From assembly GCA_951406725.2 (NCBI GenBank), contig OX597829.1, positions 35,774,001 to 35,838,000 on the forward strand: a stretch of 64,000 bases of DNA. Reading direction: 5' to 3'. The notes under the pieces were generated by a model that ran no database searches, was not told where the DNA came from, and saw nothing but the letters and a program-made list of their open reading frames with translations. The position numbers were made by a program, and so were the translations under genes. The DNA is from Octopus vulgaris (taxonomy: Eukaryota). Within the stretch, counting starts at the first letter, position 1; the number at the start of each line of letters is the position of its first letter. Positions 44,610 through 58,969 of this stretch are shown here, one piece after another.

Positions 44610-45371
44610 TTACAACACCACATACACATATTTATATATCATATATGTAATATATGTATATGCATATAACACACACACATATACACAGATGCGTACGCAT
44701 GCAAATGCATACATATGAATGTGCTTATATATACATACGAGCATGAGTATATATGTATGTATAGAAGTACATACACACACGTGCTCGCGTGCATTCAAAA
44801 CTATATATATATATAAGCAGCCATAAGAACGCTGTGTGGTTAGGAAGTTGGCGACAAAGACGTTGGGAATAAAGGTCACCTTAGGCAAAAAAAGTTAAGT
44901 TCTTCCAAAATCTTAGCATGTCCAGTAAACCTTCATACGCAGATGATGTTATATATATATATATATACATCACACCATCCTGTGTTCCACACACTGTTCT
45001 TACACATTTACACACGCACACATCTAGACGTCAAAGTCACTAGCGCCTATCCGCAAGCACACACACACACACTCTCGCATACACCGACGCTCGCGCACCT
45101 TCGTTTTGAGATCATCTGTACGATATTATCTCCCCTTCTTCCTAGCTCTCCTGTCCAAGTACCCTTTTCCAACCAGTTCCATGACTGACCACTAAATCCA
45201 CTTTTTTTATTCTCTCTCTGTTTATTTCATCGTGTTCTTTTCTGTTGAAGAGCGTAGGCTCGAAACGTAAAATACTTTCTCACCTTCCTGAGTGTCAAAC
45301 TAATACACTTGCTTGTTGTTTATACACCTGTCTTCGCCTTATTGTTTTTCTGTAAATTTCAACCCTCCCTC

Positions 45372-45467
<96 letters not shown>

Positions 45468-46411
45468 CATTAAGAAATTTACTTGCTGTTGATAAACAGG
45501 TGTGAACCAATTAATTTAGTTGAGGGCATATATTGTTGAGATCGTAATTTTTATGTAAAGTTTCGAAAAAAGGCGTAATAATTGTTTTATGAAATATATC
45601 ACGCATGAAGTTATAAACTCTAGCGTAAATATTGGGTCGGAAAGCTTACACTAAAGTAACATCGAAATTCTTTATGGCTGTTGCGAAGCCGGGCGAATCA
45701 ACTGAATTTATGAACATGAAAACATTCTGAGACAATGAAGAAAGCAGAATGAGCTTCTGAAGACAAAAAATGAATAGAACAACTTCAGCAAGTAAATGGA
45801 GGCGTTGTTTCGAAATTTAGAGAGAAAGATTTTTATTGGTCTCAGTGGAAAAAAGAAAGCAAATCAAACTTAAGCGTCATTTTTCTATAGTATGGAAGAA
45901 CTACAATAATGAAGAACTCTCTTATAAATGTTGCGATCACAGTAAATCATCTAAATTTATAAATACTAAAACATTAGTTAAGCATCAAGACAACAGAATA
46001 CATTTTCAAATATATAAGACAAGCAGAACAACCACACAAGCATGCTGCAGTACTAAGACTAGAAATGCTGTTGGTTAATTTAGAAAACTTGAAACTGGTT
46101 CATTTAGCATAATGTGATAAAATATGGAACGACCTCAGCACGTGTCGAATGATTTAGAAACTAAATACCATAAAGTGGAACAAATTTAACAGCCTCAAAC
46201 GCCAATCTAACTCCTAAACAAATATTTATATGTAAAGATACGTAACGTATTGTATACATATGCATGTGTGTATGTATGTATGTATGTATGTATGTATGTA
46301 TGTATGTATGTATGTATCTATCTATCTATCTATCTATTTCACTCTCTCACTCTCTGTCTATCTTTCAGTCTGTCTCCCTTCTCTCTCCCTCTCTCCTTCA
46401 TCTCTCTCTCT

Positions 46412-46460
<49 letters not shown>

Positions 46461-47360
46461 CATACACACATACCGTTCTTTCTAACTGCCAGAATAAAAA
46501 AAAGCTGTTAATAATCGAATATCGAAGTTCAGCAATGTAGTCATGAGTACAAGGGAAGTGTTTCTCAGAATGCATTCCAGTATTGATAATTAAGGACATA
46601 CATCTAGGGAAGTTGCACAATTTTTTCACAACAAATCAACGGAAAACGGGCTACATATATACCAGTAAAAGTTAATGTATGGCTAAATTCTCAGAATACT
46701 TCAAAGTGACAACAACATTAATAAGCATTGTTGTATATCTTGAAAATAATACAAGCAGATCCTCTGTACGTTTTCTGTTCAGTGTTATCTTCACTGTGAG
46801 ATTAGTTCTCAGCTTGAGGGATATTCTTTTGCCACATGGGGCGAAAAATAGCCACAAAAGGCATATTTATCCCTTTTATTGTAGTAAAAGGAATCACTAT
46901 GCAGGTTACCTACTTAGATGCGACAACCTGTGCAGTCTGAAGAATTAACACTAAGAACGTAAACCATATCATAAATTGCTGTCCAAAAATGTCACCGCAG
47001 TTGTACGTTTCTAAGAGACATTAAACCGTAAGGAGAATATACCTGAGGATACATATATAAGAAGCTACAGTGATAAAAAAAAGTCACAATCTCATACAAA
47101 GAATGTTCCTGCCAAAATTTAAAAAAAACAGGCGAACTTAAAACACTAGACATTATGATCCAGGACAGATAAAATAAATTATGCACAATACTTCAGCTTT
47201 TCTCAGATGTTAATATAGTGCAAAAGATTAGTGCAAAAAAGAAAGTCTGTGCCAAACTAATGAGAAATCTGTAATTACTCCATCCAGACTATAGCTTTAG
47301 ATTTCTATCTATAATTATTGGAGTACTTTGTAGAGTGAAAAACTGCTTCAGTACTAATTT

Positions 47361-49535
47361 CACTGTGCAACACTCAAAAAACTACAAGAGATCTGTGGCC
47401 ATTTTTATATGCAAAATGACATGGGAAATTCATTTCTGGCCTTCTTTTTGTTGAATTAGACAGGGTTTCTATAGAATTGTCACTGTATACCCTTTTTGTC
47501 ATTGTTATTAAATCAAATTCTCTACCGCATTGTAAAGTGGGTTTCAACCCAGGGCTAGAGATTCAATGTGATTCAAAGCTTGTGTTTAATGTTATTTTTT
47601 ATCTTTTAGATCTTATTTGCTTTCAACAATGAGTGCAAGGCAGTGCCAAACTGATCCAAACAGATTCTGTTATATCTGTGGGGAAAAAAACTTTTGCTAA
47701 AGAAAAGTGTAGTATTACATGCCATATCAAGAAAATATACAAGGCGTACTTCGATTGTTACTTAGGAGACAAGGATAAGTCATGGGCTCCTCATATATGT
47801 TGCCTGACATGTGTGAAGACATTGGGTGCCTGGTATGCAGGAAAAAATGTTCACGTGAAGTTTGGTGTGCCAATGATTTGGCGTGAGCAGAAAGATCACT
47901 CTAATGATTGCTATTTCTGTCACCATGACTTTACAGGCTGTAAAACAGCAAAGAAAAAGAAACACATTGTTTACCCAAATTTGCAATCAGCAATGCGCCC
48001 AGTAGAGCACTCAGAAAATTTAATTTACCTGTGCCCAAACCTCCAGATCAAGAGATGCATAGTTCCAGCAGTGCTGATGAACATTCTAGTAGTGAATGTG
48101 TAGTGCCCAATGATCCAGAAAGTGAGAATAAACCAATACCATTTTCTCAAGAGGCTCTAAATGACTTGTGCAGGAATCTCTATTTAACCAAAGAAAAGAG
48201 TGAGTTTCTGGCGTCAATGCTTCAAGAACATAATCTTCTTGAGAAACACTGTATAGTGAGGATAACACTGAACAGAAAATGTACAGAGGATCTGCTTGCA
48301 TTATTCACCATAAAGGATGACTTATGCTTTTGTAATGACGTCACTGAACTTTTTGAGCAACTGGAAATACCATATGATAAAACCAACTGGCGATTTCTCT
48401 TAGATGCATCGAAGGACAGCATGAAAGCTTTTCAGCTACACAATGGTAACACTCTGCCTTCTGTACCCATAGCTTATAGCACAACCATATGAAAATCTGA
48501 AAGTAATTCTAACAAGCATACAGTATGATGACCATACCTGGCATATTTGTGCAGATTTTAAGGCTGTGGCCATGCTTACTGGCCTTCAGCTTGACTATAC
48601 TAAATTTTGTTACTTGCTTTGCTTATGGAATTCCAGAGCAAGAGCTGAACATTATGTATGCAAAGATTGGCTGATCCGAGATGAAATTGAGCAAGGAAAA
48701 CACATCATGCACAAACCACTTGTGAAATGTGATAGAATTTTTTAACCACTTTTGCATATTAAACTTGGTTTGTTTAAGCAATTTGTGAAAGCTGTGGACA
48801 AGGAATCCTCCGCATTTGCGTATCCTGCAGAAAAGTTCCTTTCCCTGAGTCAAGCTAAAATTAAAGAAGGTTGCTTCCTAGGTCCCCAAATTCGAAAAAT
48901 TGTACTTGATGAAACCTTCATCACACATCTCAAGAGAAAAGAGGAGCTTGCCTTTGCGTCATTCAAGGACGTTTGTGATAACTTCCTGAGCAACCATCGT
49001 TCAGAATACTATGTGCAAGTTGTGAATGATCTGCTGAGTCATTATCATGATATGGGATGTAACATGTCTCTAAAATTTCATGTGCTTCACTCCCATTTTG
49101 ATTCTTTTGCGGAAAATCTTGGTGATGTGAGTGATGAACATAGCGAAAGATTCCATCAGCATACTTCAGTGATGGAGCGACGATTCAAAGGTAAATGGAA
49201 CCCTGGCATATTGGCAGACTACTGCTGGGGTATAAAAAAATGAAGATCACACTCCGCACAAGAGGCTTAGAAGGACAAAAGTTGTTTAAACTGAAAGGTG
49301 TGTTTTTAATTCATAATCAATATATATTTTGTTATTCCAACTAAATTTTTGTTTTGTATTTTGTAACTTTCAGTATTTGCAATGTTGCGTTCAATACACA
49401 ATAATATGTAGTATATTATAAAACATATGGTTCATAGTACAGGAAAACTGTGCCTAATCTGCAGAAATAAAGGTCAAAATCAGAATCAGGACATTTTTTT
49501 GGCCCCGAAACAAGTTTTACTTAACTTGCACAGTG
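47361..49535 (+). mobile_element. Full-length decayed Chapaev3-type (CMC superfamily) DNA transposon
   Basis: Termini CACTGTGCAA...TTGCACAGTG with TTT on both sides. Motifs FCYICG, GDKDKSWAPHICC..C, PMIWREQKDH..DCYFC, WRFLLDASK, WHICADFK, LHIKLGLFKQFVKA, AKIKEG.FLGPQIR, HSH..ENLGDVSDEHSERFHQ and LADYCW; several frameshifts. Confidence 0.88.
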
Positions 49536-50323
49536 TTTCACAAGCTGGGTAACAAGAAACCTGAAAGAACACGCCTAAACAAGTGACTTCAGGTACATAC
49601 TATCACATTTAAATATAGACATACGCGCGCGCAAACAGACACGCACATATACACGTATGTGCGTCTGTATTTATAGTTCAAACTTACAGAAAAATTTGAG
49701 ATATATTGGAATTGAATACATTTAACGAGAGTATTACATATATTTTTAGAAAAATACATACATACTCTCATTTAAAATATTGTCAAATTTGTTCTAATAG
49801 ATAGGAATATATTTTTGTTAACAATGAACTCGTATTGATTTATTTATTTTACTAATAGTATATATATATGAGTATAGTGTTATGTTATAAATAGAGACCT
49901 GTAATACGTGCCTAATACCATTGTTATATACATACAAGTGTGTTTAAAGCGTTCAATAATTAGAAACCTGGTTTCCAGTTCTGGGTGTGTTGATGATTCC
50001 TGGTAATATTGTAATAACGATTTCAAATTTTGGCACAAGCCCAGAAAGTTCGGGGTACTCTTTTTATCAACGCCGAACGAATGAAAAGCAAATATGATAT
50101 CGGGCGAAACTTGAACGAAACGAAATGCCACTAAGCATTTTTCTCGGCATGTTAACAATTCTACCAGCCCTTATGTGTATGTGCATATATGTATATATAT
50201 TGCTAAGATGATCTGGTTCTTGACTGATGACTGAGGGCTTCGAATGTCCCGTCCTGTGGTTCTTGTGTCGTCTCTGTGGCGTTTCATGTTCTTGTCCATG
50301 TCTGTAATTATTTTTACTGTTTA

Positions 50324-50358
<35 letters not shown>

Positions 50359-50491
50359 CTAAGAGAAATAACATCTATTAAGTAATTCGATAGTGAAAGA
50401 TATTATCTATATTAAATCATATAGAAAACATTTAAATATATTATAATAAATATTATTTTTAAAAATCACTAAATTAAATAAACATTAAACT

Positions 50492-50590
50492 GACTACGCA
50501 CGTTTCGTGTCTATATCTTTAAATCGATAATAATAAAATCGATACTATTAAAATTAATTCGATTAAAAAAATATAGCCACTCTTCATGTC
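50492..50590 (-). ncRNA. Hammerhead motif with long AT-rich stem II, C3 mutated
   Basis: Reverse complement: GAC-ATGAAGA-GTG.CTATAT...ATATAG.CAC-GAA-ACG tg CGT-A-GTC. Confidence 0.6.
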
Positions 50591-51407
50591 TAAAATAATA
50601 AAATAAATGTATTATCTTAACATATAATAATTAACAAATAAATATAGAAATATACGTATCGTAACAATAAATAATCGAATAAAATATAAATGAAAAATAA
50701 GATCATAACTTATCTTATTGAAAAATATAAAACTCTGTTTTATACACACACACCCACACACCCACACACGCACACACACACACACACATAGACACATTTT
50801 ATCTTTTATTTTTTTACTTGTTTCAGTCATTAGACAGCGGTCATTTCAGGTCACCATCATGAAGAATTTTAGTGGAACGAATCGAGCATAATACTTACGT
50901 TTCTAAACCTGGCACGTATTTTAAAGGTCTTTGTGCCCGAACCACTTCGCTGTGGGAACGTAAACATAGCAGCACCGATTGTCACACACATAGGGGCACA
51001 GACACACACATACGTGTGTGTGTAGTACGTCTAGCTTTATTTTTTCCGGTCAAAGCTAATACTGCAGGGGCCAAATTCCTTAGGTGGGAGGTGACGCCAC
51101 ACTTCCTGTGTACCAAAATCTTCGCGCCTAGAATAAAGGCGTATAATGCATACTCGTCGGATTTTCGTTTTCACCGAACGCATTGAGCAGAGATATATCG
51201 CGTCAAGTTTTACAAAAGTTCAGGTACAACAAACAGGTGTATTACTTTAACGCTCGAAAAAACTGGAAAATCCTTTGACTTTTCTTCAACATTAAGAGAA
51301 AACAAATGCAGATAAAATGAAAAAGAACGGAGAGAGAGAAATGTGCAGAGGTCAACGGTCGAACATGGTGAGATGACTGGAAAAAAGAGGCTGAATGAAA
51401 GGGAGAC

Positions 51408-51519
<112 letters not shown>

Positions 51520-51522
51520 ATA

Positions 51523-51591
<69 letters not shown>

Positions 51592-52296
51592 GGTAACGGT
51601 GACACCAACGAATTAAGGTGCGCCAGCGTGTTTCTATGTGAGAATCGTGTGTATGTATACATGCACACATGTATATGACACACTGGCAGAAAGACATTCC
51701 CAGTGGCATACACACAATTAAACACAAAATGCCGCACAATCACACACACACATATCAACATTTCTCTTTCACTATCGGGTAAACGTCCCTCAACTTTCGA
51801 CTTTGTGTATCAGATCTCAAACCGTTGTGGGATCGGTTTAATCGATTTAGCTTTTTCTCTGTAATTCTGGGCCTCGTGTTTATGATGGAAAGGATCGTTA
51901 GAAAAACAACAAAGAAGACCGGAAGACAAAGAATAAATAAAAAGTAATATACTTACTAACTGTACGATTATTTTGAGCCTTACTTCCTATCATTTACTAA
52001 AAATCCATTTCTATTTCTAAAAACTCAGCAATATCAAGTCCTTTCAAATGCGCAATCATACATCTAAAATACTTAGTACTGCACTCGTCTACTAATTATA
52101 GCAAGAATGTTAATGTCCAAGAATCTGAAAGCAACTCTAAATACTTCAAGTGAATTTGTTTCGAGTATATCAGCGTCAAATATTTTGGAAAGAGACTTCC
52201 TTGACTCTACAGACCCACTTATCTAAAACAGAGATCCAAAACCTCAACGCACTCCTATCATATTAATCATATTCTCATATTGGTTATTGATTTCGA

Positions 52297-52813
52297 TATT
52301 GTGGAGGCGCAATGGCCCAGTGGTTAGAGCAGAAGACTCGCGGTCGTAGGATCGCGGTTTCGATTCCCAGACCGGGCATTGTGAGTGTTTATTGAGCGAA
52401 AACACCTAAAGCTCCACGAGGCTCCGGCAGGGGGTGGTGGTGAACCCTGCCGTACTCTTTCACCACAACTTTCTCTCACTCTTTCTTCCTGTTTCTGTTG
52501 TACCTGTATTTCAAAGGGCCAGCCTTGTCACACGCTGTGTCACGCTGAATCTCCTCAAGGACTATGTTAAGGGTACATGTGTCTGTGGAGTACTCAGCCA
52601 CTTGCACGTTAATAAGTGAGCTGCGACGTCAATCGTGCCAAGCTGTATCGGCCTTTGCCTTTCCCATGGATAGCATCGGTGGCATGGAGAGGGGAGGCTG
52701 GTATGCGTGGGCAACTGCTGGTCTTCCATAAACAACCTTGCCCAGACTTGTACCTCGGAGGGTAACTTTTTAGGTGCAATTCCATGGTCATTCATGACGG
52801 AAGGAGGTCACAA
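52297..52813 (+). mobile_element. tRNA-derived SINE with an alternative ~200-bp 3' tail and 13-bp TSD, inserted in an old non-LTR RT remnant
   Basis: TSD TTATTGATTTCGA at 52284-52296 and 52814-52826. Matches 32740-33115 up to ...CACGTTAAT. Downstream flank reads LTSIDIHKALNSI (RT D..KAFD motif, decayed). Confidence 0.85.
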
Positions 52814-53837
52814 TTATTGATTTCGACAACGAAAAAAAATAAAACAAAATCACTTTCTAACTAGCATTGACATTCACAAAGCCTTGAACTCCATTTATAC
52901 ACAAACTACTCAGCTCACACTTACCTCAAAGTAGCATACGTCTACTTTTGTCTCCTGAGTAAGCCTCTTTGCAAACAAAATAACACCTTACACACCATGA
53001 TCCAGATAACTATATCATTATTATATCGATCACTTATATCTTCTGTGGCATTGTATCATACCAAATCATGCTCATTACACAAGAGCGATTTGAAATTGTT
53101 GGAAGCGTTTCTGGTGTGAAGCCTTCGTGTAACCTTCGTTGAATCGCGGGTTAACCATAGGTGGAATGAGCAGATTCCACGGACAAGCTTTTGCCATCAT
53201 TGTTACAGTAAGCACGAAGTGGAGGCTAGAATGGTCTATTGATGCTACCCAAACTACTTATAAGAAAGAAATTGAATGCTGAAAAGATTAAGTGCGTATA
53301 AGAGGGAAAGTAATTAAGAATATAATTAAACCAAAACTGAAAATGGGACACAAATATTAAATGGGAACTTCTAAGAAGTGCAACCGAGATCGCCTCCAAA
53401 TAATTATTATTTAAATGTACGACGACAACGACGATGATGATGATGATGATGATGATGATGTATATTTAACAAAGAAAAGAAAACATACAGCTAACAAAAT
53501 AGTAGAGTGTTTCTTCAAATTTGAACACGAAGATACCGTCATTTCAGATGTTTGAATATATATATATTTCAAAAGTATAAATGTAATGAATAACACAACT
53601 GTATAAATGCATATGTAAGAGTGTGTCGAAACGTGTATGTGTGCTTGTGAATGGGCTGCATGTACACAAAATGTGCTCGCACACATACACACACAAACAC
53701 GCACACACACACACGCACACACGCACGCACACACACACACACACAGACTCGTATATATATATATGCGTGCATATGCACATATACATATGTATGTATATAT
53801 ATAAACATACAAACGTACATATATATATGTGTGTGTG

Positions 53838-53896
<59 letters not shown>

Positions 53897-54007
53897 GTAA
53901 AGATGTGGTTATTTATTAGATTTCACATACAAACATAGCAACATTCGCGTATAGTATAAATGTATATACATACATACATACATACATACATACATACATA
54001 CATGCAT

Positions 54008-54112
<105 letters not shown>

Positions 54113-54454
54113 GGGGGATGCATGTATTAATTAGCTTGTATCTACAAACCCAACAGAAAATATGGAATATTTTACTTTATAAGTTGAGATATTATTACAA
54201 ACACATACATACACATACACATACACAACGTTCATAATATCTACATTGTGTGTGTTTGTGTGTGTATATATATGTATGTATATATGATAGCATGTATGCA
54301 TGCATATATGTATGTATTAAAATGTATTGTATGCAATAAATACCGTGGCAAATATATGTACACGAATACGATAGGTTTCTACCTCTCTCCTTCTTCCCAT
54401 ATATGTATGAATGTGCATGTGTATATGTAAATATATGCGTGTATATATTCATAA

Positions 54455-54573
<119 letters not shown>

Positions 54574-54861
54574 ATATAAATGTATATATATATATATCTT
54601 TGAATGCTTACACACACATACACACACACTAAAATGCATATGAAGGTATGCGAATAATCCTACCTATGTAGTTTGTAAAATGCGAACATATTGATTGGCA
54701 CACTTCGATGTGTGCGTATATGTATTTATACATATATGTGTATACAGACACACACACACACACATATACACATATACCTGTATATATATATACATATACA
54801 TATACATATACATATATATATATATATATATAAATACATGTATGTATACATTTATATATAT

Positions 54862-54918
<57 letters not shown>

Positions 54919-55280
54919 GTATCAAGATATAAATTATTGATAATATTGTTGATAATAGTAAGAAGTTATATCAGTATGATGTGGGGAAAGTGCTATCTGT
55001 GGAAGAGTTAGCAGAAGTTTTATCTCTGAGGATTATTAACAATTAAGATAATTTTACTTCCAAACGAGAAAGTAAATAAATAAAAAAAATAATGTCTTCT
55101 CTGAGATAAGAGATTTTTTTTTCTGCTGAAGGGTTTAACTTTCAGCTTGATAGGAAATTCTACATCTGCGATTACCATTCATTGCTACTTAAATATTTAA
55201 ATACACGTAAACATACATACACACACTTATAGATATACGTATATACATTAATGAGTGCACGTACATACACACACACAAAA

Positions 55281-55352
<72 letters not shown>

Positions 55353-55641
55353 TATACGTAGATACACGTAAATATACAGTACGTAATCGTACGTAAATAT
55401 TTATACATAAAAATGTATATGCATGAGTCTGTGCGTGTTTGTGTATATATGTACGCATGTGGCTGCGGGCACGGCCGAGTGGTTGACAATTTTTTTTCAA
55501 ATTATTAGTTCGTTTCTAGTTCGATTCCAGTGTCCTTTCCCACAGACAAAGGCAACAAAATCATGTTGCGCAGAAAAGTTTGCGAAGATAATGTGATGGG
55601 TGTGTATATGTGTGCATCTATATGTGTGTATACGTACGTGC

Positions 55642-55756
<115 letters not shown>

Positions 55757-55994
55757 ATATATATATACAGATATATATACGTGTCTAAATATTTTTATGT
55801 GTGTGTGTCTTTGTGTGAGTGCTTGAATTTGCTGATGCGTTCAAACAGATGAAGAAATTTCGAAATACGTTAGATAAGATCAATAGATCGAAACATACGG
55901 CTGGTTGTTAAAATAAAACAATAGATATTAATTCTCGACGATATTTACATCTTGCTTCCATTATTTGGTAGGACATACTAGTGGCATTACTGGC

Positions 55995-56340
55995 TAGTCC
56001 TTTACCATATGTATGTATACAATTATGTATATGGGTGTAAAAGTATATACACCCATATAAATACACACGCACGCACACAACACACACATATATTCAGTAT
56101 ATATATATATATATATATATACATACATGTTTATATGTATATATGTATGTATGTATGTGTGTGCGTGCGTGTGTGTGTATGTATTTCTTAAGTCCTTCAC
56201 CATATGTAAGTATACAATTAAGCATATTGGTGTATAAGTATATGCAACCATATACATACACACGCACACACACACATATATACAGTATATATATACATAC
56301 ATATATGTATATACATACATGTATATATGTATATATGTAT

Positions 56341-56376
<36 letters not shown>

Positions 56377-56385
56377 TTCTTAAGT
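55995..56385. repeat. ~190-bp tandem duplication with embedded microsatellites
   Basis: agtcctt(t/c)accatatgta.gtatacaatta...gtgtatttcttaagt occurs twice. Confidence 0.75.
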
Positions 56386-56496
56386 TATTCTGTGCCACGT
56401 TATAATTCCAACGACTTAAACTACTCAATACATTGTTTTTGTACAGTACTTATCTATGAAAAAGTGTGACAGTGACCTCGAAGTTTCGGTCTTAAT

Positions 56497-56551
<55 letters not shown>

Positions 56552-56697
56552 TATCCGAAGTGTACAGTATGATATATCCATCATGGCTGATTTTACCAAT
56601 CGGTTTCGCGCTAGGGGTACAATGTAGTGTTAGGTAACAATCCGATTATATAACCCTATGCTAATTAGAAATAGCCGATGTGTGTGTGTATGTATGT

Positions 56698-57756
56698 GAG
56701 GTTGTATCAAAACGTTCCCGAACTGCTTCTGTGGCAGACAGATGGCAGCACATGGTTGCCTGCGCAGTGAGAGCTAGCAGTGGCCTTCATGAGGCAGTGT
56801 ACCGAGTGACATTGCTGTGTTTATTTCACAAGTTTTGAAATTCTTGTTTCTGTGATTAAGTGTTTGTTATGGACAGGAATAAAGAGCCAACGTGAAATGT
56901 TGCGTTAAACTTGGGAAATCTTATAAAGAGACACTGAGCATACTTTGGCACACTTAAGTGGACGAGGCAATGGGTCGTACATAATGTTTCATGTGGCACG
57001 GGCGCTTCAGAAACGGAAGAACGTTCCTAGAAGACGATGAACGATCTTGAAGATCTGTCATGACGGAAGGTGGAGAGCTGGCAGAAACGTTAGCACGCCG
57101 GGTGAAATGCGTAGCCGTATTTCGTCTGCTGTTACGTTCTGTGTTCAAATTCCGCCGAGGTTGACCTTGCCTTTCATCCTTTCGGGGTTGATTAAATAAG
57201 TATCAGTTACGCACTGGGGTTGATATAATTGACTTAATCTGTTTGTCTGTCCTTGTTTGTCCCCTCCCTGTTTAGCCCCTTGTGGGTAGTAAAGAAATAG
57301 ATCTGTCATGACGGTCAACACCCGTAAATGTGGTACTGTGCATAGTGAATTCTTCCCCCGCGGTCAGACCATCAATTGAGGGTTCTAATGTGACGTGTTG
57401 AAGCGTTTGAGGGAGGAAATTCGGTGAAAGCTACAGGATGTGTGGAGCACAAAGTATTGCATTATTCACAACGACAATGCACACTGTCACCGAACATTCC
57501 TCACTTGTCAGTTTTTCGCCAAAAACAGTATTGTATAGTCGCCATTTTAGCATCACTGTTGAGATTCAGAGTGTATCGCAAAAGTCCTCGAGAACCTTAC
57601 GGCAAACAACTTGCAGGCCGGATTCCAAAAGTCGCAGGAAGCCTGGAACCGGTGTATCACTGCGCAAAGTGTCTATTTCAAGGGAGATAATGTTAAAACT
57701 TAGGTAAATAAGTTATTTTTTATTAAATATAACTAGTCCCGGACATTTTTGAAGTC
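56698..57756 (+). mobile_element. Decayed mariner with TIRs, interrupted by a SINE
   Basis: TIRs GAGGTTGTATCAAAACGTTCCCGAACT and CTAGTCCCGGACATTTTTGA; NVKCCVKLGKS, WHGRFRNGR..LEDDERS and HNDNA. Confidence 0.75.
57067..57298 (+). mobile_element. Full-length Meta-domain tRNA SINE with a perfect 16-bp TSD
   Basis: AGATCTGTCATGACGG at 57051-57066 and 57299-57314. Confidence 0.92.
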
Positions 57757-57807
<51 letters not shown>

Positions 57808-58898
57808 AAAGCAAAAATATTTTTGGTTTGATTAAAACCCTTTCTAACATGGAACTATCCAAAGAGCATTTGAAGCATATAATGCTTTATGCGAACAAAA
57901 AAGGAAACTCTGCAGCTGAAGCGACTTGAAACATACACTCACTTTATGGGAAAGAATGCTTGAGTGAAAGAACTTGCAGAAGATGGTTTGCAAAATTCAA
58001 AAGTGGAGATTTCAACCTTGAAGATGAAGATCGAACAGGACGTTCGGTTGAGTTTGATGATAAGCTTCTTGAGGCATTGCATGAAGAAAATCCTGCATTA
58101 TCAGTTGAAGAATTGGCAATAAAGTTTAGTTCAAACCATACAACTGTTCATCGTCATCTTCAACAACTTGGAAAGGTTCCTAAACTTGGAAAATGGGTGC
58201 CATTCTCTCTATTCTCGCGACCTCATTTCACCCTTTTTGGATAGACTTGTCACTGGTGACGAAAAATGGACCTTCTATCGAAATGTTAAATGTTGTAAAC
58301 AGTGGCTTGGTAAAATGGAAAAAGCTCAACCACAACCGAGAACGCAACTTCATGGGGAAAAGTTTTTTCTCTCTATGTGGTGGAATTGCCAAGGAGTATT
58401 TCATTTTGAATTGTTACCACCTAATGCAACAGTCAATGCTCAAGTCTACTGTCAGCAATTAGAGCGTTTGAACGAAGCTTTGAAGAAAAAGAGACCCGCT
58501 TTAGTGAATCGAAAAGGAGTGATGTTTCATTAGGACGATGCGCAACCCCACACTGTAAAAAGATCACAGAAGATCGAAGAGCTTGGTTGGGGAAAAATTC
58601 CTCATCCACCTTATTCTTCCGACCTTGCTCCTTCAGACTACCATTTGTTTCGTAGTTTACAGAATCATTTGGGGGACATAACTTTCGCAAGCCAGGAGGA
58701 GGTCGAAACTAACATTTCAGAGTTGTTCGCTTTGAAACCAAAAGAGTTTTTACATTGATGGGATTAAAAAGCTTGTAAATAGATGGAATGAAGTCATAGA
58801 TAATCAAGGAAAGTACATTGATGATTAAATTTCAATTAAATATAACATTTGATCACTTGCTTTCTTTATTGAAAATTCGGACAGAACTTATGGGATGA

Positions 58899-58903
<5 letters not shown>
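57808..58903 (+). mobile_element. Mariner (DD34D) transposase pseudogene
   Basis: MELSKEHL.., WFAKFKSGDFNLEDE.R.GR, GKWVP, VTGDEKW, DDAQPH and YSSDLAPSDYHLF. Right TIR ..GAACTTATGGGATGATCTGA|TA; stops and frameshifts. Confidence 0.92.

Positions 58904-58962
<59 letters not shown>

Positions 58963-58969
<7 letters not shown>

Noticed and set aside
45540-46230. Possible Penelope RT remnant (FINTKTLVKHQDNRIHFQIYK)
   Set aside because: The similarity is too short and degenerate to support a call.
50200-50260. CTGATGA at 50224 as a hammerhead core
   Set aside because: No downstream stem II-GAAA, and no convincing stem I in this copy or its relatives at ~14140-14180 and ~24860-24910.
52303-52375. 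tRNA gene
   Set aside because: The A/B boxes belong to a SINE head followed by a repeat body and TSDs; the same applies to the other SINE heads.
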